Below, in pieces: positions 41,198 through 51,228 of a DNA stretch of 64,000 bases. Source of the stretch: Thermoproteota archaeon (lineage in GTDB: Archaea > Thermoproteota > Thermoprotei > Gearchaeales > Gearchaeaceae); the NCBI GenBank assembly GCA_032249235.1, contig JAVVGF010000004.1, forward strand, positions 43,525 through 107,524, given 5' to 3'. Numbering within the stretch: the stretch's first letter is position 1; each line of letters starts with the position of its first letter. Both the position numbers and the translations under genes were made by a program. The notes under the pieces are model-generated. The model made no database searches and was not told the DNA's origin. It saw only the letters and a list, made by a program, of their open reading frames with translations.

Positions 41198-41736
41198 TCA
41201 CCTAGCAATTCTTCTATTGCTTTCTTTTTCATTTTATTAAGCACAAATATTTGATCTCTTTTAAGTACAGAAATTCCTGCAATATCCCTAATTATTTCTA
41301 TCAAGATCACGTAATCGTAATTAACTAAATCTACTTTTCTTTTAACTTTTGGAGCTATTTGTTCAATTAAAAAGTCGCTTTTTATGTTTGATTCTCTCTT
41401 ATCAATGCTTATTCTAAAGCTTTTATTTTCTTCGATCTTATTCAACAAGAGCTCAGCCGATTTAACAATTGTTTCTTCTTTAGCTTCAGTTATGATTTCA
41501 ATGGGTATTGCTCTAAGTATGTATTTTATGCTCCATACATTTTCTTTTGAATAATTTATAATTGTTTCAACAGCTTTGATAGGATCGAAATTAACTTTCA
41601 ATAATATCAAACCAGGCATTTTAACATCTAAAGGTTCAAAATCTTTAAATCCAAATTTCGATAGCAAAAGCCATGCTTCATGAACACAGTCATCTTCCCT
41701 AAATCTGTAAGTAGTTAATATTATTCCTTTATTCAT
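41176..41736 (-). CDS. THUMP-domain RNA-binding protein
   Basis: ILRAIPIE, SFRISIDKR, KVDLVNYDYVILIEI. Confidence 0.85.
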   Translation of the reverse strand: MNKGIILTTYRFREDDCVHEAWLLLSKFGFKDFEPLDVKMPGLILLKVNFDPIKAVETIINYSKENVWSIKYILRAIPIEIITEAKEETIVKSAELLLNKIEENKSFRISIDKRESNIKSDFLIEQIAPKVKRKVDLVNYDYVILIEIIRDIAGISVLKRDQIFVLNKMKKKAIEELLGDYDNSSM

Positions 41737-42061
41737 GATATAAGAAGAGGATTGTGTGCGTATCCTTAAATCTTTTTATTAAATTCTCCTTTTTCTTCAT
41801 TCTTAATTTGGTATAAACAAGTCCTCCTTTAACTCTTTTAGATATGAGTTTTATAACCAAATTATCCTTAAGCTTCTTATTTTTATGAATTTTCTTGAAA
41901 TTTCTTTCTTCTCCATCCTTTTCCTTAGTCTTGAATAAATAAAATTCTTTTTCATGCTCTAATACAAAAATTAATTCATCCCATCTTCTTATTAGCGAAA
42001 AGAATTCATCCAAAGATTTTTCATCTATCTCATTTAGCCAAATTATTATCATTGCTTGCAC
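41729..42061 (-). CDS. Hypothetical protein
   Basis: 110-aa ORF filling the gap; overlaps the THUMP gene start. Confidence 0.6.
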   Translation of the reverse strand: MQAMIIIWLNEIDEKSLDEFFSLIRRWDELIFVLEHEKEFYLFKTKEKDGEERNFKKIHKNKKLKDNLVIKLISKRVKGGLVYTKLRMKKKENLIKRFKDTHTILFLYHE

Positions 42062-42088
42062 CTTTCATGGGCTATAAAACAGCTATCT

Positions 42089-42097
42089 TTTTAAATA
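42089..42097 (+). promoter_or_regulatory. TATA box upstream of the acidic micropeptide ORF
   Basis: TTTTAAATA ending about 20 nt before ATG 42118, the spacing expected for a leaderless transcript. Confidence 0.55.
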
Positions 42098-42117
42098 AGT
42101 AAGTAGTTATCTCATTC

Positions 42118-42195
42118 ATGGCTGAGGAAGAAGAACTTGAGGAATTTGAGGAGTTCGAAGAATTTGAAGAATTAGAAGAATTTGAGGAATTTTAA
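42118..42195 (+). CDS. 25-aa acidic repeat micropeptide MAEEEELEEFEEFEEFEELEEFEEF
   Basis: Own TATA box and T-run terminator; 9-nt repeats vary at synonymous positions or by F/L exchange. Confidence 0.7.
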   Translation: MAEEEELEEFEEFEEFEELEEFEEF

Positions 42196-42240
42196 TTTTT
42201 TCGTTGAATTTTTAAGTAAGTTCCTATATTAAATCTTTAC

Positions 42241-42495
42241 ATGCAATTTTGCCCTAAATGCAATAATTTGATGGTTCCAAAGAGAGTGAAGAATGGATTT
42301 AAACTTGTATGTACTAACTGTGGTTACTCAAAAAGAGTTAAAAAAATTGATATCAAGCTCGTTTCAAAGTCAGCTGATAAAAAGAGTAAAGAAATAGCTC
42401 TAACTACTCCTGATGAAGTAAAGGCTAGAGAAGAAGAAAAAATGTTGCTTGAAGAATTGTATAAAGATTCGTTAGAATACTTTGAAACTGATTAG
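42241..42495 (+). CDS. TFS/RpoM-like protein with only the N-terminal Zn ribbon
   Basis: MQFCPKCNNLM..CTNCGY; no C-terminal ribbon or ADE motif. Confidence 0.8.
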   Translation: MQFCPKCNNLMVPKRVKNGFKLVCTNCGYSKRVKKIDIKLVSKSADKKSKEIALTTPDEVKAREEEKMLLEELYKDSLEYFETD

Positions 42496-44288
42496 TGACA
42501 GTAAGAATAGCAATAGTAAATCGCGACTATTGCAAATCTGACAAGTGTAATTTCGAGTGCAATAGATTTTGTCCTATAGTAAGAGCTGGAAATGAAATAG
42601 TTTGGCTTGATGAATCAGGTAAAGCTGTAATAGATGAAGAAGGATGTATAGGTTGTGGTATTTGTGTAGAAAAATGTCCATTTCATGCAATAGAAATCGT
42701 TAATCTTGCAAGTGAGCCAAAAGTTCCTTGTATTCATCAATATGGAGTAAATAGTTTCAGACTTTATGGCTTACCTTTCATCAGATATGGAAAAGCTTCA
42801 GGCGTTATAGGCATGAATGGTGCGGGCAAATCTACAGCTATAAACATACTTGCAGGTAAATTATATCCAAATTTAGGAAATTTTGATAAAAAGCCTGAAC
42901 CAGAGGATATAATAAGCAATTTCAGAGGTAGCGAATTGCAACGTTACTTGAAAGACCTTTATGATAAGAAAATAAGGGTTGCAATTAAGCCACAAGATAT
43001 ACATGAAATACCTCTGGTGCTTAAAGGAAGCGTTAGAGATGTATTGAAATTCATTGAAAATAAAGATATATTTGAGCATGTAAGCGAGGTTTTTAAATTG
43101 AACGAATTTGTCGATAAGAAAATTTCTAATCTAAGTGGGGGAGAACTTCAAAGATTCGCTATTACACTAGCTATTTCGAGAGATGCTGACGTTTATTTCT
43201 TGGACGAGCCTTGCAGCTATTTAGATGTACAGCAAAGACTCAGACTAGCTCGCATATTGGATTTCTTGTTAGAAAGAAACAAAACTTTGCTTATTGTGGA
43301 GCATGATCTATCCCTAATTGATTATTTATGCGATACAATAACCATAATCTACGGTAAACCTAAGGTATATGGTATAGCTTCTTTGCCTTATTCTACAAAT
43401 GCAGGAATAAATGCTTATTTTGAAGGATTTTTACCTCATGAAAATGTTAGAATAAGGAAAAATCCCATCAAGTTTTATCTAAAAAGTTTAGAAAGGGTTG
43501 AATTTTCTCCTTATAAATTCTTGTTCTGGACTAATTTGAAAGTAAATTTATATGATTTTTATCTCGAAGTAGAAGAAGGCTTTGCAAATAAAGGAGAAGT
43601 TTTAGGAATTGTTGGACCTAACGGTATTGGTAAAACTACCTTCGTTAAGACAATTGTGGGAGAGATAAAGGAATATGAAGGAAGTGTTTATTCTATAGAA
43701 GAAAATCCTAAAATGAGCTATAAGCCCCAAGTTTTCAAGTTCGAAAACGAAGATCTTTTGGTTAAGGATTATTTGTATGATATAAACAAGGAATTCTATA
43801 AGAATGAATGGATAACCGATGAAATAATTCAACCTTTAAGGATCGATCAAATTTTAGAAAGGAAGATTTCTGAACTTAGCGGAGGTGAGAGACAAGCTTT
43901 AATGATAGCGGCAACACTTTTGAGAGATGCAGATATATACGTTTTTGATGAACCTAGCGCATTTTTAGATGTTGAACAAAGATTATCTTTAGCTAAACTT
44001 TTGAAAAAATATGCTCAAACATTTAAAAAACTCGTGATCGTCGTAGAGCATGATTTATTAATTCATGATTTCACAGCAGATTCATTAATAATCTTTAAAG
44101 GTGAACCTGCGAAGAAAGGTTATGCACTTAAGCCTATGTCTTTAAAAGAAGGTTTCAATAACTTTTTGAAAGATTTAGGAATTACCTTTAGAAGAGATAA
44201 AAGGACTAATAGACCTAGGATAAATAAGCCTGGCTCTAGTTTAGATAGATATCAAAAAGAAATTGGTGAATATTACTATTTAGAATAA
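42495..44288 (+). CDS. ABCE1/Rli1 ribosome recycling ATPase
   Basis: FeS domain CIGCGICVEKCP; two ABC cassettes (LSGGELQR, LSGGERQ). Confidence 0.97.
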   Translation: MTVRIAIVNRDYCKSDKCNFECNRFCPIVRAGNEIVWLDESGKAVIDEEGCIGCGICVEKCPFHAIEIVNLASEPKVPCIHQYGVNSFRLYGLPFIRYGKASGVIGMNGAGKSTAINILAGKLYPNLGNFDKKPEPEDIISNFRGSELQRYLKDLYDKKIRVAIKPQDIHEIPLVLKGSVRDVLKFIENKDIFEHVSEVFKLNEFVDKKISNLSGGELQRFAITLAISRDADVYFLDEPCSYLDVQQRLRLARILDFLLERNKTLLIVEHDLSLIDYLCDTITIIYGKPKVYGIASLPYSTNAGINAYFEGFLPHENVRIRKNPIKFYLKSLERVEFSPYKFLFWTNLKVNLYDFYLEVEEGFANKGEVLGIVGPNGIGKTTFVKTIVGEIKEYEGSVYSIEENPKMSYKPQVFKFENEDLLVKDYLYDINKEFYKNEWITDEIIQPLRIDQILERKISELSGGERQALMIAATLLRDADIYVFDEPSAFLDVEQRLSLAKLLKKYAQTFKKLVIVVEHDLLIHDFTADSLIIFKGEPAKKGYALKPMSLKEGFNNFLKDLGITFRRDKRTNRPRINKPGSSLDRYQKEIGEYYYLE

Positions 44289-44317
44289 ACTTAAATCTGT
44301 TCAATGATTTAATCATT

Positions 44318-45421
44318 ATGGCTGAAGTAACGATTTCTATAATAAAGGCAGATGTCGGCTCAATAGCTGGACATCATAAGGTAATACCTGAACAAATTGA
44401 TTTAGCAAAGCAAATGTTAGCCAATGCAAAAGAGAAAGGATTGATCATTGATTATTTTGTTTTCAATGCAGGAGATGATCTAGAGCTTTTAATGACGCAT
44501 AATAAAGGCGTAGACAATCCTGAAATCCATGAATTAGCTTGGAATACATTCAAAGAAGTTACAGAAAAAGTTTCGAAAAAATATAAGCTTTATGCAGCTG
44601 GTCAAGATTTGCTATCAGAAGCTTTCTCTGGAAATGTAAAGGGTCTTGGTCCTATGGCTGCCGAAATGGAAATCGAAGAAAGACCTAGTGAACCGATAAT
44701 CGTTTTTGCTGCAGACAAAACAGAACCAGGCGCTTGGAATTTACCGCTTTACCGTGTATTCGCAGATCCATTCTGTACTCCAGGCTTGGTGATCGATCCT
44801 TTAATGCATGAAGGATTTATCTTCGAAGTAATGGATTTAATGCAAAACAAAATAATAAGACTTAATACTCCAGAAGAATCCTATGACTTACTAGCTTTAA
44901 TAGGTACTCCTGGAAGATTTGTCATATCAAAGGTTATAAGAAAAGATGGACTTTTGGCTGCTGTAGCAAGTACAAGTAGATTATCTTTAATTGCAGGAAG
45001 ATATGTTGGAAAAGATGATCCTGTATGCATTGTAAGAGCTCAAAGAGGATTGCCTGCAGTAGGAGAATATCTCGAAGCTTTTTCATATCCATATTTAGTA
45101 GCTGGATGGATGAGAGGTAGTCATGTAGGACCTTTGATGCCTGTTTCGCTTAAGGATTCAAGAGTTAGTAGATTTGATGGTCCTCCTAGAGTTGTGGCTT
45201 TAGGTTTCCAAGTATACAATGGAAGGTTGCTAGGGCCTGCTGATCTATTTGAAGATGTTGCATTTGATGCTGTAAGAGCAAAAGCTTCTGAAATAGCAGA
45301 ATATATTAGAAGACATGGTCCTTTCATGCCTCATAGATTAGGTCCTGAAGAAATGGAATACACAACTTTACCTCAAGTATTGAAGAAGCTGGAGAAACGC
45401 TTCATAGAAGTAAAGGCTTAA
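44318..45421 (+). CDS. fbp: Bifunctional fructose-1,6-bisphosphate aldolase/phosphatase
   Basis: IKADVGS, GQDLL, DKTEPGA, YVGKDDP, GWMRGSH. Confidence 0.97.
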   Translation: MAEVTISIIKADVGSIAGHHKVIPEQIDLAKQMLANAKEKGLIIDYFVFNAGDDLELLMTHNKGVDNPEIHELAWNTFKEVTEKVSKKYKLYAAGQDLLSEAFSGNVKGLGPMAAEMEIEERPSEPIIVFAADKTEPGAWNLPLYRVFADPFCTPGLVIDPLMHEGFIFEVMDLMQNKIIRLNTPEESYDLLALIGTPGRFVISKVIRKDGLLAAVASTSRLSLIAGRYVGKDDPVCIVRAQRGLPAVGEYLEAFSYPYLVAGWMRGSHVGPLMPVSLKDSRVSRFDGPPRVVALGFQVYNGRLLGPADLFEDVAFDAVRAKASEIAEYIRRHGPFMPHRLGPEEMEYTTLPQVLKKLEKRFIEVKA

Positions 45422-46107
45422 TGTTTTTTTTGAATTTTCCACTTTTTCTAATAAATTTCAAATGTTATGAAGAAGCAATAGGAGATAATGCAAAAAGATT
45501 GGCTCTTGCTTCCAAGAAAATTTCAGAAGAATTGAATATTGATATTTTTCTTGCACCTATTTATACTGATATTAGGGAAATTTCTAAGTTAAACGTAAAA
45601 GTATTTGCTCAAGGAGCCGATCCTGTAGAACCTGGAAGTTATACAGCGCATGTACCTCTTGAAGCAATAAAAGCTGCAGGAGCAATAGGTGTTATAATAA
45701 ATCATTCTGAGAAGAGATTAAATTATGAAGCGATTGAATTTTTGGTTAAAAAATGCAAAAAGCTTTCCTTAATCTCGCTTGTTTGTGGAGCAAGCGTAGA
45801 GGAATGCTTGAATTTAGCGAAGATCAAGCCTGATATAATCGCAATAGAACCTCCTGAATTAATAGGAACTGGCAAATCTGTATCTAAATACAAGCCTGAA
45901 AGCATTTTAATGACTGTAAAGCTTGTAAAGGAATTCGATAAAAACATTCATGTTATTTGTGGTGCTGGAATATCTAATGCTGAAGATGTTTCAGAAGCTT
46001 TAAAATTAGGTGCTGAAGGAATTTTGGTTTCTTCAAGCATAGTAAAAGCTGAGAATCAAGAAGAAAAAATTCGAGAATTAGCCCTTGTTTTCAAATCTCA
46101 TAAATGA
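45421..46107 (+). CDS. tpiA: Triosephosphate isomerase, archaeal type
   Basis: INFK, NHSE, EPPELIGTG, GAGI. Confidence 0.96.
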   Translation: MFFLNFPLFLINFKCYEEAIGDNAKRLALASKKISEELNIDIFLAPIYTDIREISKLNVKVFAQGADPVEPGSYTAHVPLEAIKAAGAIGVIINHSEKRLNYEAIEFLVKKCKKLSLISLVCGASVEECLNLAKIKPDIIAIEPPELIGTGKSVSKYKPESILMTVKLVKEFDKNIHVICGAGISNAEDVSEALKLGAEGILVSSSIVKAENQEEKIRELALVFKSHK

Positions 46108-46808
46108 CTGAATTCAGAGTTGGAACAAGCGGTTATAATTATTTTTGGAATGAAGGGAAACCTTCACAATTTAAATGGTATTTAAGTCAGAAATTCAATT
46201 CAGTAGAAATAAATGCTACGTTCTATTCTTTCCCTTATAAAAGTTGGATAAAAAGCTGGTCTTCTGCACCGGATAATTTTGATTTCTCAATAAAAGTTAA
46301 TAGAATAATAACTCACTATTCAAAGTTAAGTGAAAAAGCTATTGCGATTTTTGAAAAATTCAAGAATTCTTTCAAGGAGATTGAAGAGAAAATAGCTTTT
46401 TGGCTTTTCCAAATGCCTCCATCTTTTGAATTCAACGAAACTAATCTTAAAAGAATAAGGCAATTTTTTTCAGCAGTAAATATTCCAGCAGTAATCGAAT
46501 TTAGAGATCCTTCTTGGTGGAATGAAACAACTCTAAAAATTCTTAAGGAATTAAACGTTGTATTTTGTTCTGTCGATGCTCCTGAATTACCTAATGATAT
46601 AGTTGAAACGAATGGAATAATATATCTAAGATTGCATGGAAGAGAAGAGTGGTATAGTTATGAATACAAAAGAGAAGAGCTTGATGAAATCATAGAGAAA
46701 ATAAACCAAATATCTCCTTTAAAATGCTACATATATCTAAACAACGATCACGGAATGCTTCCAAATGGATTATATCTTTTAAAAAAATTGGATTTAATTA
46801 AAACTTAA
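46104..46808 (+). CDS. DUF72 family protein
   Basis: GTSG, VEINATFY, FQMPPSF, YLRLHGR, NND. Confidence 0.92.
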   Translation: MTEFRVGTSGYNYFWNEGKPSQFKWYLSQKFNSVEINATFYSFPYKSWIKSWSSAPDNFDFSIKVNRIITHYSKLSEKAIAIFEKFKNSFKEIEEKIAFWLFQMPPSFEFNETNLKRIRQFFSAVNIPAVIEFRDPSWWNETTLKILKELNVVFCSVDAPELPNDIVETNGIIYLRLHGREEWYSYEYKREELDEIIEKINQISPLKCYIYLNNDHGMLPNGLYLLKKLDLIKT

Positions 46809-47536
46809 CCGTAAAACAGCATGCTAGGTTGTGTCTCTATTGGCTTTATTCTTTCTTTCAATTCTTTTATTTGATTTTCTAGCATTTCTGCTTCCTTTAA
46901 TAAAGGTTGAGGATCCAATGCTATATTAGGAAATAGCTTGTTGATTGCTTCAAGAACTTTTGTAACGATCTTAAAGCTAGGTTCTCTTTGACTAATTTCA
47001 GCAACCAAACAATAAGCATCTATATTTGCCCATCTACATTCATCTAAGATTACAGCTGATAATCCTACTAACATTCCGTATTCAAAATAGTTTATACCTT
47101 TTTCTTTTAGTGCATTTCTTGCTTCATCAGTACTACCTATTCCATAAACTCCTAACTCGCTTGAGGTATCGCTTACTAATAATTCTTCAACGCTTACAAC
47201 GTTATGTATATCATTCTTCTCAGCCCATTCACAAATAGTCTTACCTATCATTCTTGTAAGTCTAGGATTTGGAGTGAATTCTGCAGTTATCACTGCAAAT
47301 TTTAACTTTTCATCTGCATGTATCCTTGCAGGAAACTTAGGCTTACCTTTAAATATAAACGTTACAGGCGGAAAGTAATCTGAATTTATTGAAGCAATAG
47401 AATCTAAGTTAAAAGAACGAATGTAATAGTTTGCGAGCATCAAATTCAAAATTCCACTTACTGGTATTCCTATGAATAAAGTTCCTTCCCGTAAATTTAC
47501 TTTTTTGTATTCTCTTATTTCCACTTCTCTAACCAT
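46805..47536 (-). CDS. Proteasome assembly chaperone (PAC2 family)
   Basis: SDYFPP..PARI, LLKEAE; C-terminal FYG (HbYX-like). Confidence 0.85.
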   Translation of the reverse strand: MVREVEIREYKKVNLREGTLFIGIPVSGILNLMLANYYIRSFNLDSIASINSDYFPPVTFIFKGKPKFPARIHADEKLKFAVITAEFTPNPRLTRMIGKTICEWAEKNDIHNVVSVEELLVSDTSSELGVYGIGSTDEARNALKEKGINYFEYGMLVGLSAVILDECRWANIDAYCLVAEISQREPSFKIVTKVLEAINKLFPNIALDPQPLLKEAEMLENQIKELKERIKPIETQPSMLFYG

Positions 47537-47617
47537 AATTACGATATAATTTAAATTCTTAACTAATTATTCTTAATCAAATTTTTATTATCGTTATATC
47601 CAAAAAACATGGATATT

Positions 47618-47691
47618 GGGCCAGTGGTCTAGCGGACTATGACGTAGGCCTGCGGAGCCTAAGTTCGTGGGTTCGAATCCCACCTGGCCCG
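47618..47691 (+). tRNA. tRNA-Arg(GCG)
   Basis: GGGCCAG/CTGGCCC acceptor; TAGGC-CTGCGGA-GCCTA. Confidence 0.96.
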
Positions 47692-47730
47692 TAGCTAAAG
47701 ATTTAAGTTAGAATTTTCGTATTTTAACAA

Positions 47731-48186
47731 ATGAAAGCAATAAAAGTTGAAAAAGAAGCATGGGATTTGTTTTTCGAGCTTCTTGATGATTTAGCAAACA
47801 ATAACTTATCATACATGAACAGGTATCCTGAACCTGTAGGCGAAATGAGATATCGAGACGTATTGAAGAAAGCATTCCTTGATACAGGTAAATGTCTTGC
47901 TATAATATGGCTCATCTTCGAGAACGGTCTAAAAAAGACTTATTCTTTTTTGATTGAAGCAGACATAGAGGAAGGAGAATTCAGCAATATTGCTGCTCTA
48001 CCTGGTAAAGTTAGAGCAAATGTAATTGAAGAATTAGGCGATGAGAAAACGATAAAAATATATCGCGAGTCAAAATTTTCGAACGGTAATGAAATCGTAA
48101 GATATCTAGAACTTGTAGGTAACAAATACAGAGAAAGAGAATTATATATTACGATGAAGAATGCTTTAAAAGAAGAGTTATTTTAA
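47731..48186 (+). CDS. Hypothetical protein
   Basis: 151-aa ORF with upstream TATA-like element; coupled to the next gene. Confidence 0.7.
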   Translation: MKAIKVEKEAWDLFFELLDDLANNNLSYMNRYPEPVGEMRYRDVLKKAFLDTGKCLAIIWLIFENGLKKTYSFLIEADIEEGEFSNIAALPGKVRANVIEELGDEKTIKIYRESKFSNGNEIVRYLELVGNKYRERELYITMKNALKEELF

Positions 48187-48836
48187 TGGATGTCAAGGCT
48201 ATAGCTATCGATGTTGATGGTGTAATAACAAAGTTAGAAAGTGCTTGGAAGTACATTCATGAAAGATTAAATCTTTTAGACAAGGCTAAAATCAATGCAG
48301 AGCTCTTCCATAAAAAGAAAATTTCCTATAAAAAATGGGCTGAATTAGATGTTGCATTATGGAAAGGGATCAGCAAAGAAGAATTCTACAATCTTTTGAA
48401 AGAAGTGGAAATAAGAAAAGGATGCGTTGAATTCTTTTCATTCCTAAAAGAGAATAATATAAAAATATTCGCAATAAGTGGAGGCTTAACTCCTTTATTG
48501 GAGATCTTATCTGAGAAATTGCATTTTGACCGGTATATCGCTAATGATATAATTTTTGAAAATGGCATAATAAATGGAAAGTTTAGAATTAACGTTTCCC
48601 CTAAAAATAAAGGTTTGATACTCTCTCGTTTTTTAAAAGAATTCAACATAAAATCTTCTCAATGCATAGGAATAGGAGATAGCGAGTTCGATATACCTAT
48701 GTTAAAATATTGCGGGTATAAAATAGCCTTTAATCCTAAGAAGATTGAATTGATAAGAATTTCAGACGAAGTAATATTTTCAGATACCTTCTATGACTTA
48801 TTTGAAAGATTTAAGAAGTTGCTTGGGTTTTCTTAA
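48186..48836 (+). CDS. HAD-IB family phosphatase (phosphoserine phosphatase-like)
   Basis: DVDGV, ISGG, K, GDSEFD motifs. Confidence 0.88.
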   Translation: MDVKAIAIDVDGVITKLESAWKYIHERLNLLDKAKINAELFHKKKISYKKWAELDVALWKGISKEEFYNLLKEVEIRKGCVEFFSFLKENNIKIFAISGGLTPLLEILSEKLHFDRYIANDIIFENGIINGKFRINVSPKNKGLILSRFLKEFNIKSSQCIGIGDSEFDIPMLKYCGYKIAFNPKKIELIRISDEVIFSDTFYDLFERFKKLLGFS

Positions 48837-49329
48837 TTATCCTTATTCTTGTTTTAACAGATAATTTAGATGCAGCTCTTTTAAGTGCAAGCTTAGCTAT
48901 ATCTATTGATTCCTCTCCACATTCAAGAAACATTATTCTATCGCCTTTTTTAACTATAGCAGCTGTACCTATTGGTTTTCCAAATGCAAGTCTCATCCCT
49001 TCTTGTAATCTATCAGCGCCTGCCATTGCAAGCATTTTATTTTCCCTTAATACATGGAAAGGATATTTTACTACTTTGAGATGGTAATTGTCAATACCTA
49101 CTTTTTCTTCAATCGTCTTTGTAGCTATAATACGTGAGGCATCTAAAGCATTATGCCTTATCAATCCATCCTCTAATGCATATAACTCTAGCCTAACTGG
49201 AAATTCTTTCTTCAAATTACCATAATCAAATTTCGTTATCTTAGGTGGAGGGAAACCTGCAATATACTCTTTTCTAGTATAAGGCATTGTATCTAATTTA
49301 CTGTAACATCTACCAGGTCTTAGAGGCAT
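48811..49329 (-). CDS. rpl10e: 50S ribosomal protein L10e (uL16)
   Basis: RPGRCY, GADRLQEGMRLAFGKP. Confidence 0.97.
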   Translation of the reverse strand: MPLRPGRCYSKLDTMPYTRKEYIAGFPPPKITKFDYGNLKKEFPVRLELYALEDGLIRHNALDASRIIATKTIEEKVGIDNYHLKVVKYPFHVLRENKMLAMAGADRLQEGMRLAFGKPIGTAAIVKKGDRIMFLECGEESIDIAKLALKRAASKLSVKTRIRIIKKTQATS

Positions 49330-49374
49330 ACTTCTTTTATATACAACTTCTAATATAAATTCATTGATCGTCTT

Positions 49375-50067
49375 GTGAGGATAGTTTTAGTTGAACCATC
49401 ATATGAGATAAATATTGGTTTCGTTGCTAGGTGTATGAAGAATTTTGGCTTCAAAGAACTTTATATCGTGAATCCTGAAAGCTTCGGTGACTTGGCTATT
49501 AAGTTTTCAGCTCATGCTTCAGATATATTAAAAAATGCTGTCATATGTAAAGACTTGAAAGAAGCAATAAAAGATGTGGATCTCGTAATAGGTACTACAT
49601 CAAATATAGGTAATGATAGAAATCTTCGCAGGATTGCAATACCTATAACTGAAATAAGACCAGTTGCAGAAAAAAATAAGGTAGCTGTTCTTTTCGGAAA
49701 TGAGAGAACAGGATTAAAGAATGAGCAAATCGACTTATGTGATATCTTAGTTTACATACCTACTTCTGATGAATATCCTTCATTAAATCTCTCGCATGCT
49801 GTAGCTATTTTCTTGTATGAAATGAGGAGGGATGAGAAAATAAGAACAATTAAATATGAGATTGCTAGCAAGGAAGATAAAGAATTCATAATGAAGTTCG
49901 TTGAAGAATTACTAATTAAAAGTGGTTTGAGAGGAATAAAATTACAACATAGTCTTCTTATATTCAAAAGACTTTTAGATCGAGCATATCTTTCTAAAAG
50001 AGAAGCTAAAGCTTTATTAGGTACTTTTTCACGAATGAAGAAGCTAGCTGAAACATGGTCAACATAA
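49375..50067 (+). CDS. trmJ: TrmJ-family SPOUT tRNA methyltransferase
   Basis: NIGFVARCMKNFG, FGNERTGL, YPSLNLSHAV. Confidence 0.88.
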   Translation: MRIVLVEPSYEINIGFVARCMKNFGFKELYIVNPESFGDLAIKFSAHASDILKNAVICKDLKEAIKDVDLVIGTTSNIGNDRNLRRIAIPITEIRPVAEKNKVAVLFGNERTGLKNEQIDLCDILVYIPTSDEYPSLNLSHAVAIFLYEMRRDEKIRTIKYEIASKEDKEFIMKFVEELLIKSGLRGIKLQHSLLIFKRLLDRAYLSKREAKALLGTFSRMKKLAETWST

Positions 50068-50669
50068 AAAAACAGATTGCAATATCTTTGAAGGATATAG
50101 AAAACAAGGAAAGACCTAATGCGTATCTCGAACAATATGAGTTGGATTCAGAGACCGCTTCAAGATTTTTGCACAATGTTTTGATGCATTCTAATTATAA
50201 AGAGCTTTTGGATGCAGGTTGCGGCTCAGGTTCTTTGACCTTTGCTTCTTTGCTTGCAGGCTTTGAAAGAATATTAGCTATAGATATAGATTTTGAAGCT
50301 ATTAAAAAATTGAAGAAAAATTCAGAAAAATTGGGATTAAAATGGGGGGTTGATATGTTAGTAGCTGATTTCTTAAGGTTATCGTTAAGTAGAAAAGTTG
50401 ATGCGATAATTATGAATCCTCCATTCGGTACAAAAAGAAGGCATTATGATAGAGATTTTTTGATCAAAGCTTTTATGCTAAGTGATAACGTGTTTTCTCT
50501 TCATAAGAAAGGTAATGAAAAATTTTTTGAAAGATTAGCTAAAAAATATAACTTCGAAATGAAGATATTAGAAAGCTATAGAATAGCTATAAAACATATA
50601 ATGCCTTTTCATAAAAAATTGAAATATTATGTAGATGTAATACAGCTTTATTTTAAGAAAAATGGATAA
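50055..50669 (+). CDS. METTL5-like N6-adenine methyltransferase
   Basis: LEQY, DAGCGSG, MNPPFG. Confidence 0.88.
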   Translation: MVNIKKQIAISLKDIENKERPNAYLEQYELDSETASRFLHNVLMHSNYKELLDAGCGSGSLTFASLLAGFERILAIDIDFEAIKKLKKNSEKLGLKWGVDMLVADFLRLSLSRKVDAIIMNPPFGTKRRHYDRDFLIKAFMLSDNVFSLHKKGNEKFFERLAKKYNFEMKILESYRIAIKHIMPFHKKLKYYVDVIQLYFKKNG

Positions 50670-51210
50670 GAAAATATTCCTTCCAGGGGAATATATCACC
50701 ACAATAGAAGAATTCTTTGCAGGCTTAGGAGTATTTGAAGAAAAAGGGAAGATTTATGCATGTGCCCCAGGATTGCTAAAAACAGATTTGAAAGAAAGAA
50801 AAGTAGACTTAGAATTAATAAAAAAACCAAAATCTTTTGTTAAGAAAGGAGATGTTGTTATTGCACAAGTTAAAGATGTAGGCAGGAATGTTGTTGAATT
50901 AACTCTGCTTTATAATGAGACTGAAAAAATTGAAGCAAATATAGAAGCATTCATGCTCATTAAACGTTCAAAAGAAGCAGCGATGCGTTCAATAAAACCA
51001 ACAGATATAATAAGAGCTCACGTGCTTGAAGCTGAAGGTAAAATAATCCTTAGCATTAGAGGTAAAGATTTCGGAATATTATATGCAGAGTGTCCTTTTT
51101 GTTTAAAGCCTCTTTATTATAATGAAAAAGAATACAGTATTTTAAAATGCCTAAATTGCGGGTTTAAAGTTAAAACAAAAGTCAGTTCGCTTTATTTAAA
51201 TAAATATTAG
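50662..51210 (+). CDS. csl4: Exosome complex RNA-binding protein Csl4
   Basis: LPGE..EEF, S1 domain DIIRA, C-terminal Zn ribbon; precedes rpoL. Confidence 0.9.
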   Translation: MDKKIFLPGEYITTIEEFFAGLGVFEEKGKIYACAPGLLKTDLKERKVDLELIKKPKSFVKKGDVVIAQVKDVGRNVVELTLLYNETEKIEANIEAFMLIKRSKEAAMRSIKPTDIIRAHVLEAEGKIILSIRGKDFGILYAECPFCLKPLYYNEKEYSILKCLNCGFKVKTKVSSLYLNKY

Positions 51211-51228
51211 AGCTGAGAATTCTAAGAT

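Noticed and set aside
42118-42195. 9-nt repeat as a CRISPR array or neutral microsatellite
   Set aside because: No spacers; variation follows codon structure and is bounded by ATG and TAA
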